Shown here one piece after another: positions 47,831 to 58,400 of a DNA stretch of 64,000 bases. The position numbers were made by a program, and so were the translations under genes. Below the pieces are notes generated by a model that was given only the letters and a program-made list of their open reading frames with translations, did no database searches and was not told the DNA's origin. The DNA lies in NCBI GenBank assembly GCA_964188305.1, contig OZ076899.1; one strand, given 5' to 3'. This DNA is from Podarcis bocagei (lineage: Eukaryota). Within the stretch, counting starts at the first letter, position 1. Each line of letters opens with the position of its first letter.

Positions 47831-48270
47831 ATCTATATATTTTGGAAAGTTGACTGTTTGCTATGCGTTTGGACACCTCTTAAGATATCATGACCAAATT
47901 GTTTGTTCCTGAGATGGAGGTTTTTGTCTATGTTTGGATGCCATTTGGAATCAGATTTAAATAGCACTAATTTGATGGGCATGGTTTGAGGAAAAAGGCC
48001 TTGTGGCCAGAAGTAGGATCCCTGTCAGGTCTAATTTGGCCTGGAGGATCAGAGCTCCCCTGCCAGCTCTGTCATGTTACCAAACTAAAAAGTCCCAAAT
48101 GTTGTAACCTTCTTCTTGCAGGGGAGTTGCTTCTGCCCCCAAAATTGTTGCTTGCCCCTTTGTGATCCTGTACCAGATCTACACCATCCTGTTCCAAATA
48201 TCCCATGTATGGAATTATGACCCCATAGAGAAGGGCTGGAAGGAAACATGAAAGACTCAGAGGGTTGCAG

Positions 48271-48428
48271 CAGGGGGGTGTAGCCAGGGGGGGGTGCAGC
48301 TGCCCTTCCCCAAATCAAGTAAATAAATAAAAATACTTAACTGACCAACAGCATCACAGATAACTCAGTTCTGCCCCCCACAACATAATGCCTGCCTCCC
48401 TGCAAAATAAATCCTGGCTACGCCCATG
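48271..48428. mobile_element. MITE with GGGYGTAGCCAGG terminal inverted repeats
   Basis: gggtgtagccagg at 48276 and cctggctacgccc ending at 48425. Confidence 0.7.
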
Positions 48429-48649
48429 GCACCCCTCCTTCCTCTGTGGGTGCTGCTATGCCCTTGCACAAAGACAGTTCTAGGAGTGTGCCCTTGCTAT
48501 CTCAGGTGTGCGGCCAGCCGGATAGTGCCAAGCGTCTTTCCATCAAAATCCCCCTTCGTCATCTGTGCCATCTTTGACAATCCACCTGGTGGAGCTGCAT
48601 CTATTATATTATTATCGTGTGACCGGGCACACGTGAGCCTCGGTTTGGG

Positions 48650-49100
48650 GAGCTTGTGCACTGCTGCCTCCTGGCGTGCGCTGCTGGCGACCGGGCCTTC
48701 AGCGCCAGCTTGGACTCCCATCAGCGTCACCACCCGCGACCACGGGCCATTCTCTTGCTCATTTATATTCATTGGAAGCGGGGAGGTGGAGCTTTCTGCG
48801 AGCCCCGCCCCCTCCCCGGCCTTGGCCGGGGCATGTGGCGCCGCGTTGTCACGGCAACCCCCGCGCAGCGCGGAACGCGTGGGGGCGGGGCCTGCAGCGT
48901 GGCCGGCCGAAGCCGCCGCGCGAACGCCCGAGGGGGCGGGGCAAGGCGTTCTTCTCGCGCGTGCGCTCGCTCCCCGCCTTTTTTTTTTTGCCTGTGCGCG
49001 CGCGCGCTCGTCTCTGTGTCTGTTGGGGGAGGATTCGCAGCTCTCGCGACCCTCCGTCCTCCCCTCCGAGAGGCCTCCTTCCCCGCCTGGCGCAGGATGG
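48650..49100 (+). promoter_or_regulatory. TP53BP1 CpG-island promoter
   Basis: ATTGG 48771; GC boxes near 48783, 48881, 48932; X-box GTTGTCACGGCAAC 48845-48858; TCTCGCGA near 49042. Confidence 0.8.
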
Positions 49101-49485
49101 ACCCCGCGGGGAGCCCGCTGGACTTGGGCTTCTGCCCGTCGGCGCCCTGCCTGCTGGTAGAGGACTCGCAGCCGGAGCCGGACTCCGCCCAGGACGACGG
49201 CGAGGAGCCGCAGGCCCTGCCCGGCCTGAAGAGGAGGTGCCGGGGACCAGGGGCGCAGGACGAGGCGGATGGGCCGCGGGTCGTTCCGGGAGCGAAGGCG
49301 GCAGGAGGAGGCCCGGAGGAGCAGCAGGAGGAGGGCCGGGGCTCTGAGGGGGCTGAGCGGGGTCCCTCAGGGGGCTCTGGGCCCGCTCCCTTGCCGCCTC
49401 CGCTGCCGGCCTCCGACTCGCCCCGCGCCCTCCTCAGCCAGGTCTTGGAGCAGCTGCCGCCGCCGCTGCTCGCCAGGAACACCAG
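49097..49485 (+). CDS. TP53BP1: TP53BP1 first coding exon
   Basis: ATG 49097, PCLLVEDSQP, ends LSQVLEQLP...NTR at AG|gtggg; internal structure uncertain. Confidence 0.75.
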
Positions 49486-52400
49486 GTGGGCACCGCCATT
49501 CCTTCTCCGCGGGTGGGCTTTCGGCCTGCTTGACCCCTCTGAGACATTGCTTGTCTCCCTTGCAGGGCGGCGGACGACCCCCGCGGCGGCGCTGCTGCTG
49601 CACCGGGCTCGCTCTGCGCGGAAGGTAAGTGGCCTCCTCCGCCTGCTGCTGCTGGGGGCTGCCCCTTCGCCATTGCTGAGAATTCAGCCGGGGGGGGGGC
49701 TGCACAGGCCGTCGCCTGTTCTCGCTGGAGGCTATCCTTGAACGGTGGGGGGGGGGTCGGGGTCCCCTCGTGACTGTTCTGCAGCCCTCTTGAGTTCACA
49801 AGTAACCTTGGCGGGGTGGGAGAGGGAGGGGTTGTTTGCCGGGCCCATTTCCTCCCTTTGGATGCTGGAGCCCTTCCACATGTGCTGAGGAAGTTCTTAT
49901 CTTCTGATGCTAGAGTCAGGCATGTCGCAGCTGGGCTTCGGTGTTTTGGAGCTCTCCCAGAGCCAGAACCTTGAAGGAGACTCCACAGCTAGTGTGGTTA
50001 GTGATAAGGAGCAGCTGCAACCCAAAGTGGCCTTGGAAGAAGAGGAGCAGGAGGAGGATTCCAAAGGCGGTAGGTGAAGTGGGGGCGGCCTCCTGAGTCT
50101 TTAGCTGAGCATCCCTTTCCTCTGGGATAGGAAAACTTCACTCCAACCCTTCTGCGAAACTACCCACACTGCCTCAAAAGGACTAAAGGCCCAAACAGAA
50201 CCTTCTTTCTTTTAAATCATCCTTACTTGTTCATTCATTTGAAGAACATTTTACCCAGTTTACAATGTAGATGGCAAAAGCTTCCAGAATGGCTTACAAA
50301 GTAAGCGGTCCCTTCCCTTGGGCATACAGTCTAAAAGACATGCACTGGGCAGCAGGGTGAGTGGGGGAAAGCAAGCTCAGGCACCAGGTTTTAAACATAC
50401 TATTCTTACAACAATCTGGATGGGATAGAGACAGGCCAGTTACTTCCCCTTCCTGCTGTTCTGCAGCTGGATGGAATGGCTGCTTCTGGGTGACAGATGG
50501 GAGCCTTTCAGTTCTGTTCGCCTAGTACTTACCAATAAACTGAGTCTCTGGAGTAACAGTACTTTTGTACACAGTATTCCTGCAAGGCAATTGAGGGACT
50601 GTAGTTGCCAGTGGTAGAGCATGTAGTTTGCAGGCAGAAACAAGGGAGCCTGACTGAGCTTGAGCCCTGGGAAGCTGCTCTCAGAATAGACTGTCCCAGA
50701 CTAGGGGGGCAAATAATCTGATCACATATCAGGCAGCTTCTTATGTTCCTAAATCTTTTGAAGATAGTAATGCTGATTGGATTGTGGTTGGATGTGATGT
50801 TATAAGTATCTTTTGGGTTGGCACTCACTGCTATCCTGTTGTCTTCTCCATTAGAGATTGTCTTCTAAACTAACATTGAGTTGTATCCATTGTTAGTACT
50901 AATCTGAATAGACCCATTGAAATTAGTAGACATGAGTGATCTAGGTTCATTAATTTAAGTTAGGTGCAATCTTAGCAGTGTACGTAATAAAATTACCAAT
51001 AAAATACATATAAAACTAGCAAAAAAACCAAAGCCCATAATAGATAATAGGTCATACAGGGAATGCCATCAGCCCTGAATCCAAGCAGATTTTGACTTGG
51101 CACCTAGATCGAAATCAGATTTAGTAATTCTCTGGAAAAGTCCTTAGAATGCAACATAGTGCAGTTGTGCTCTGGTATTTCAAGTGAAGCACCAATTCCT
51201 GATGCCTTTTTTGCTCTGCATGCAGATCCAGATGAAGTGACAAAGTCTGGGAGTGACTCTCCTGATAGGTAAATATCTGCTTTCACCTCTCATACTTGTT
51301 GGCTAACTTGTTGCATGGTTGAACCTTCAGGAAAGGGAGTATGGAGAGCTTGCCCTTTCTGTAGGGGGTGCAGTTTCTTTGCCCATTAAACCAGCTGTGA
51401 AGCACATGTGGTTCCATGAAGTTCTTCTTGCTGTCACACATGTGCCGAACATTCCTGCTGCGGGTAGGCGAGAAGCTGCTACTACTTTTCTGCCTTGTTC
51501 TTTGTGAAGGAAAGATATTTTCATTCCTGTTAGTTGGGATTTGGCTAAAAGTATCGGAGGTGCCTTGCTGTTGCCTCCTGGCCAAGAAGGAAAGAAAGAA
51601 GGGACAGACCTTCCCATTGGGATTTTACAGGAGGGGGTTGCACCAAGGTGCTTACTAAACCTCATTTGAATGAGAAAAAAAGTTCCCTGACTCTTTTCTC
51701 TTCTGCATTACCTAAAGAAATGGTGGAGTAGCTTATATCCATTCCAACTGGGATTTTTCAGGCCCAACAGCAAAGTTCTGTTTGCACCTTTGGCAAAGCT
51801 CAGCACAAAAGCAAACATTCTTCCACTCCGCAAGTTCTGTGCATGCTTTGTGTCTTGTTTTTAATCCCCAGGGAAGCTATCAGCTTGTTTGTGTGGCATT
51901 CTTTCAGCTTGTCGTATTATTTTTCTCAAGATGTAGTCCACCCTGGGGCCTTACAGTGAAGAGCAGGCAACAAATATAAACAATGACACCCTGGGAAATA
52001 TTGATTACACTTATGTTCCCAGCAGCACCCCAAAAATTCTGCAGTTCCAAAAAGAACCTGCAAGGAGTCCAACTTCTGCCTGCCATCCACTTGACAGAAG
52101 GCCAGAAGGGACGGATCCCTCTGGGTGGCATACACAGGATGCTGATGTCTTATCTACTCAGGAGGACATGTTTGGCCAGAGCAGCACAACAGGTGAAAAC
52201 AGACTGCATGCCTGTGCCGTGGCCCCTGCGACCCATGAGGGGGAAGCAGGTGCAGTTTGCTGAAGCTCTGCCTATCCTGATAGCAAAGGAAGGTTTCCTA
52301 CTTGATTACTATATAGATAGTGCTACATAGGTTCATGGGACCACATAGACAGCTTAGGGTATGTCTCCTATGCACGACACACAGTTGCTGTGGGAGGAAT

Positions 52401-55400
52401 GGTAGGCAGTTGCTTTGTGGATGATGGGAATTCCAGTGGCACTGATAAAGTTGCCTTTTCAACGGATGTGTTTCTATGTCACCCGTTGCTGTTTCTGCAT
52501 TTTGAAAATGTCTTAGTGTTTTGAATTCTTCAAATTTTGCCTCTTTTGTTTGTGCAGATGGCTTTGAATATGTAGTGGCACAGATCACCAGTGCTGAACA
52601 AGTTGTACAGGCTTGTCAGATTCTAGCATGGACTGCTCAAAACGTAGCTCATCAGTTGCATTGCTGACTTGCGTTCAGCACCCTGAGAGTTCTAGTTTTC
52701 AGGCAAATATGCAAAATCATTCTTTGGTGACAGCATTAAAACCTGCCAGCTGCCACTGTGGCTGAAGGACATACTATTTGCCCTTCCAACAGTGGCCAAT
52801 TAGGTGCCCAGGAGTAAATTTCTCTAGATTTAGAGATAGCAGCTCTTCGGGAGAAATCTCAGCCGGTCATCAATATTTGATGGTGTTGCTGAGGAACGTA
52901 AAACATTTTCCATCCCTGTTGGGTTTACTTAAATTTACAGTCATATTTTTGCACACCACAAATTGTGGGTGGTCTTCTGCAATTTTGAGCAGTTGCAACA
53001 AGGTATTAAAATTGACTCCGATGTAGGGGAAAGATCAGTGCAGCTGGGAGACAGATTTTCAAGGCAGTGTCCATTGGGTTGTTTGACAAAACTGCTAAAT
53101 GGTTTTGTTAATTTTAATTGCCTCTTGTTCCAGATGGTGACAGTGCTGTGTCCAGAGTGGAAGCAGCAAATTCTCCAGTGTGCACTCCTGCCGATTCTCT
53201 GCATGTCCTTCATCTCTCTGGACAGGGACCTCTTTCCATGTAAGTAACAAGCCTGCTCAGGTTGCTTTTGTTACCTGTTTCCCTGAATAATTGCTTCTAG
53301 GAAGCTGCCTTACACTGAGTCAGGTCCCTTACACTGAGTCAGGTCCATCTAGCTCAGTATTGCTCACACTGACTGGCAGCAGCTTTCCAGGATTTCAGAT
53401 GGGGGGCATTCCCAGCCGTGCTTGGAAATGCAACCCGGAATTGAACCTTGGGCCATCCTCATATGAAGAAGGTGCTCTTCCACTATGACCTTTTTCCTTC
53501 TCAGCTAATTGATGATCCACTTATTACTTCCTTGCCTCCTGAATTCACTAATTGAGTCAGTTGCGCAGTTGGTTATCCCTGTATTGATTGGCTCTTATGC
53601 TTTCATTGATAGTGTTGTAATTGTGTCCACCTTTCAAAGTAGCTGAGCTTTCTTTGCCTCTACTCCTTCTGCGCTCGTTGGTCTTTGTTGCCTTCCTTTT
53701 TCTCCTTTCTGTTCCCTGATGAGACACACAACCGAGCGCTGTTTGTGTTTCATGTTCCGTGGGAGGTACAAATGTGGTCTGTGCCTGCGAGCTGAGCCTT
53801 GGCTTCGGCCTTCAGATCTCTGGAATAGATTAGCTCATTGGCTTTTTTCTTGTGACCTTGCATATGCAGACAGTGAGGCAACTGAGTGATCTCTTTTTCT
53901 CTGTAGTTGTGCTTCAGGCCTTCCTACGCCATCTCCTGGCATCTCACATTCTGTACCCCTCATCATTCCAAGAAGCCCAACGGAACAGGGAACAGAAGGT
54001 ATGCCAACTCTTTCTGCTGGAGGCCTTGATAGCCCTTGGCCCAAGCTGTGGTGTTCAAAAAGACAACTTAGTAATGGTGACCCAGGTTTCTTTTCTTTCA
54101 TTTCTGAGCGAATGTGGAGGCCCCTCCTCTTTTTGAGCACTGAAAGAGGGGTGCAGAGGGCCAGTTGGTACCCTTCAGCTTTTTTGGCAGTGAGGTGTTC
54201 TGCTCCAGTGGCAGGAACAAGGCTGTCTTTCTCTGCTAAGGCAATAACGTTAATTTATCCACATCTTCTGTTGTTGTTGCAGCAGCAGCAACAGGAGGAG
54301 GAGGAGGGAAGCAAGAAGAAGAGCCAAAGGAGATTCGGACTCCAGGGCTTCCTCAGTCCTCTACACCTGTCGCTCAAGATGTGCCAGCTTTTACTCCAGC
54401 ATTCACTCCCATACCATCACAACCAGAGTTCTCCCATGTGAGTGGTCAGAAGGTGCCCAGCACTGAGACTGGTCTTCTCTGTGCTGCGTTCATCCTTGGT
54501 AGAAGTAAGGAGGCCCCCACGCCTCTTGCCCTACAGTTTGACAATCCTTTCCTTCGCTTGTGCTTTTTTGTCATAGGATTTTCGAGACATTCACAAAGTG
54601 TTAGCCTGGCTTTGTGTATAGAAGGGCAAATCTCCTGGCCACCATGTTGGTTGTGGAAAACAGGAAGCAATACTTTATGAAGTATCTTGCTTTGTGATTG
54701 CCCTGCTGGTATGTCTTGGTTGCAGTGTCAAGAATTACTTCTGGTTCTCTTGAGAGCTGGCCTGGTTGCAGAATCTCAGGTGTGGAGCTGTCATATTCCA
54801 ATGTGTTTGTGTTTCCCCCTGTTTTAGGACACTTTCCTCCCAACTCCAAGCTTAGAGAAAGGGCCTGAGGCACAGACAGAGAAAGGAGATGATTGTGGTA
54901 TCAGTTTGCCAGCAGACAGCTCTGAATTCCCCGAGGCACCTGCATCTGTTGTGGAGGGCCCCTTGTCATGGCCCTCGGGTGAGGCCTGCCTATTGGCGCT
55001 GTCTGCCAGTGAGTGCAGCCAGTCCACTGAGGCTGTGCAGCCTGAGGAAACAGCCATGGAAGCTCATGTTCCTCCAGTGGAGAAGCTTGGCTTGGATGGT
55101 AGATGTAGCGAGCAGCAGCAGTTTAATGAGGACAGCCATGCCTCAACTGGGCAGCCTGCAGGAAGAGGTTCCACTGCCCAAGTTGGAGTTGGAGATGACC
55201 TTGGAAGTCAGGGCCACCTCTTGTGCCAGGGGTCTCAGGAGCCAGAATGTGAAGCTGTCCCAGAAACGCCTGGTGAAGCGCAGGGAGAAGCTGAGCTGCT
55301 GAGGGACGGAAGGTCTTGCCTTCACTCTACTCACTCTCAGGAAGAAAAGGTGGACCAGCATGTGGAACCTGCTGCAGCCAGAGAAGACTCTGAGAATGTG

Positions 55401-58400
55401 CTCCAGGCAGCTGGAGAGCCTGCACACCCAGATCCAGGAAACTTAAAAGGAGACCCCATGGAAGACTCCAAGGAGGAGGCGTCCCTGAGGATCGGCCCTG
55501 GGGTGACACTGAAGCTCTCTGACTCCCAACCAGAGCTGGAGGGAAGCAGGTCCCAGGTGAGGTCCAGCGTTGCCCCTGGAGTGGGGCTGCCTGCTGCCAT
55601 CTCTCCAGGCAGAAGCAACTTGGGAAGTGTGCAGGAGGAGGAGGAGAGCTTGCCACTTCTGCCCTCCCAGGGGGAAGGGAGTGGTGTGCCAACAACAGCC
55701 AAGGAGGATGAAACTGCAGAGAGCCAAGCAGCAGCAGCACCTCCAGAGCAAGGCAGTAGGAAGTCTGCTGCCCTTCCATCAATTACTGCAAGGGAAGATT
55801 CAGAGCTGGGGCCCTTGCCTGGGAAGGAGAAAGCACCAGCAGTGACTTTGGAAGAGGGATCCCATTCTGGGAGTGCAGAGGACCAGATGGAGATCCAGCA
55901 GAAGCCATGTGGGCTGGAGAGAGAGGTGCAGCTGTGCCAGAGGGGTCCTGAGCCACCTGCTAGCCTGCCCAGCGGTAAGTGGATCTGGAGAGTAAGAGCA
56001 GCAGTAGAATTGCATCATTGGAAAGCATCCCTGTGGAGTGACCCAGGCTGCCTAGGCTTGAGCCAATGTGGCTGAGAGAGAAAGGATAGTAGCCTTTTGC
56101 AGCTTAAGAAAATAATTTCTCTTGCCTCCTTTCCCTATCCCCCTGCCCTATTGTGTGAGTTATTTCCTTGAAATACTCTCTAGTGGTTGCCAAAGGGCAT
56201 GATACACATAGACTGAGATGGAGGCTGTTCCCTTCCTGCTTCTGTGCCTGTCTGGTGTGTGAAGGGTGCATTGCATCTGTTCTCACAGAGGCTGCATTGG
56301 CCTGTTGGCTTTTATTTTATATTTTTTTTTTTTTAAATAATATTTATTGAAATATTTGTTGGCTTTTAAATGCTCCTTTATTTATTGCTTATTAAGTACA
56401 TATTTGGACTGCCTAATAGCCAGAGCTCTCTGGGCAGTTCACAGAAGAGAAATGGAAGTACAGGCATAATTCAAATAAGCCCAGACTCCTTTGCAGCTGC
56501 AGTGAGAGCCTTCCAGGCTGTTGGAACAGAGTTCTAGTGCTCTCTGTGGCTTGATGACTGGCAAGGTCTCACCCCCCACCCTGCTATCTTTCAGCAGTTA
56601 CTGTTATCTGTTTTCAGTGATTACATTGTTGAAGCACAGCATGTTCTGTAAGTGCCTGCCTAGAGTACAATATGTTTAGCATAGGTGGGAGGAGCTGGGA
56701 TGTTTGTGCACTGGGGATTTGGGCTTTGCTCTGCCCATGGTTTCAACCTTCTGGACTAGAAACTAACCCCCCACCCCCCCAAAAAAAACATAAAACAGAC
56801 TTCTCCGGTATCTGCCTTGTACCAGCCTCTATGCAGCACATGGCAGGAAGTAAGAGGCCTGGGCACAGGATTTGCAAAGGAATCTTCTTGTCTGCTTCAC
56901 CTTGCCTGGTCTCACTCACTGGACTCATTGTTAAAACCGTGTTTATGGAAGACAATCTTACTCTGCTACGAGTGATCACCAAAGATGACCACCTTGCCTG
57001 GTAGTGTGATGCCATGCTGTTTTCTTCTAGTCTGGGCCTTTGGCTGACCATTTAGCTGCTGAGAATTTGTGGCAAGGAGGGTGCTTAGTAGCAGAATGTG
57101 AGCTCACCACCTGTCTGTTGTAATACCTTGTTCCAGAAACCCCCTTTCATCTCGCCCTGCTGAAGGAGAAGCATGTGACTGAGCCACTGACAGGCATCAC
57201 CCCACCTCACATTGGCCAGCTGAAGAAAGGCCCCAGGCGACACAGCACTCCTATTGGTGAGTAGGAGATGTGGGGTGGGGTTTCTGTGAGTGATTGAGAT
57301 GGGCACCAGCTGCCTTCCCAAAGTGGCCATCTTTTGTCCTTCTCTTTGCCTTCAGAAGGTGTGTGTGCTGGTGGAGAGCAAGGAGGGGACTGATCCAAGC
57401 AACCACCAGTAAAGCAAAACCCCAGTGGGAGGGAGGCCCTGTGGTAGCTGTTTACATGTTGCCAGAACGGTGTGAGCTTGGAAGATATGACCTTACATTG
57501 CGCCATATTGCCTGTTCATTTTGCTCTATTGTCATATCTGACTGGCAGCAGCTGGGGCTTCAAGTGTGAAGAGGATCTCACAGCACCAGCTGACTGATCC
57601 CTCTAACTGGAGGGACTGCTAGGGATTGAACCTGGGACCTTGTGCATACAAAGCAAGTGCTCTGCCACTTCCTCTGCCATTTGGAAGCAGCTACAGACCA
57701 CAAGGGGTATTACGGACTCTGCTCTTGGAGCAGCTGAGAAGTGTGGACAGTTGCTGTCTACACTGCTATAATCTGAAGCAAATCTGGATGCAGCTCCAAC
57801 TGCTGCTGTGGCTTCCTCCACAGAATTCTGGAAGGTGCAAGGGCCCAAATTCTTTTTGGCTGCCTTGCAGAAGTACAACCCACATAGCTTTGGATTAGGA
57901 GCCCAGCTCATTTGGTCTCTCTCTGATGTTAGAGCAGTTGGCCCAAGGGCTAAGGCAGATTCTGGTGCTGCGGAGCTGCCATCTGCTTGGGGGTGGCCAA
58001 GAGGCTTTCTGTGCTGGTTCTTTCCAGCAAGCCTGGGTGGCTGTTGGTGAACCTGCCATCTTGCTTTGCTTGTTTCAGAGGCTGGAAACTGCCCGGACAA
58101 TACCATAGCAACCAGCGATGTCACAGCTGAGGGCACCAACAATGTGACAGTGGAGAGTGCTCTGACCTCTGTTGAGATGGAGGAGAGTGGCAAAGGGAGC
58201 GCTGAGGCCGCCTGTGAGGAGCAGGGGAAGCTGTCCTTGCGCATGAACCTTGTGACCCCTGTGACGGAAGAGAGTGACGAGTCCCTGCCCTTCAGCCTGG
58301 ACAGTAAGAGATTCAGTGCAAGAGCAGTTGCGGAGCGATGGTCCCCTGCCCTGGACTAGTGACTCCAAACAGTACTGACTACTTGACTAGCAGTCTTTAT

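Noticed and set aside
48656-49741. 361-aa ORF as a standalone protein
   Set aside because: A GC-rich island lacking stops; only 49097-49485 matches 53BP1.
52558-52670. Good-looking acceptor (tttgtttgtgcag|ATG) in a TP53BP1 intron
   Set aside because: No convincing donor, no 53BP1 similarity, and the flanking exons already join in phase.
52674-52692. TTCAGCACC, left half of a REST/NRSF RE1 site
   Set aside because: The GGACAG right half is missing.
57612-57672. tRNA-like A/B-box sequence on the - strand
   Set aside because: No complete cloverleaf; it is a SINE head fragment like the other copies in the window.
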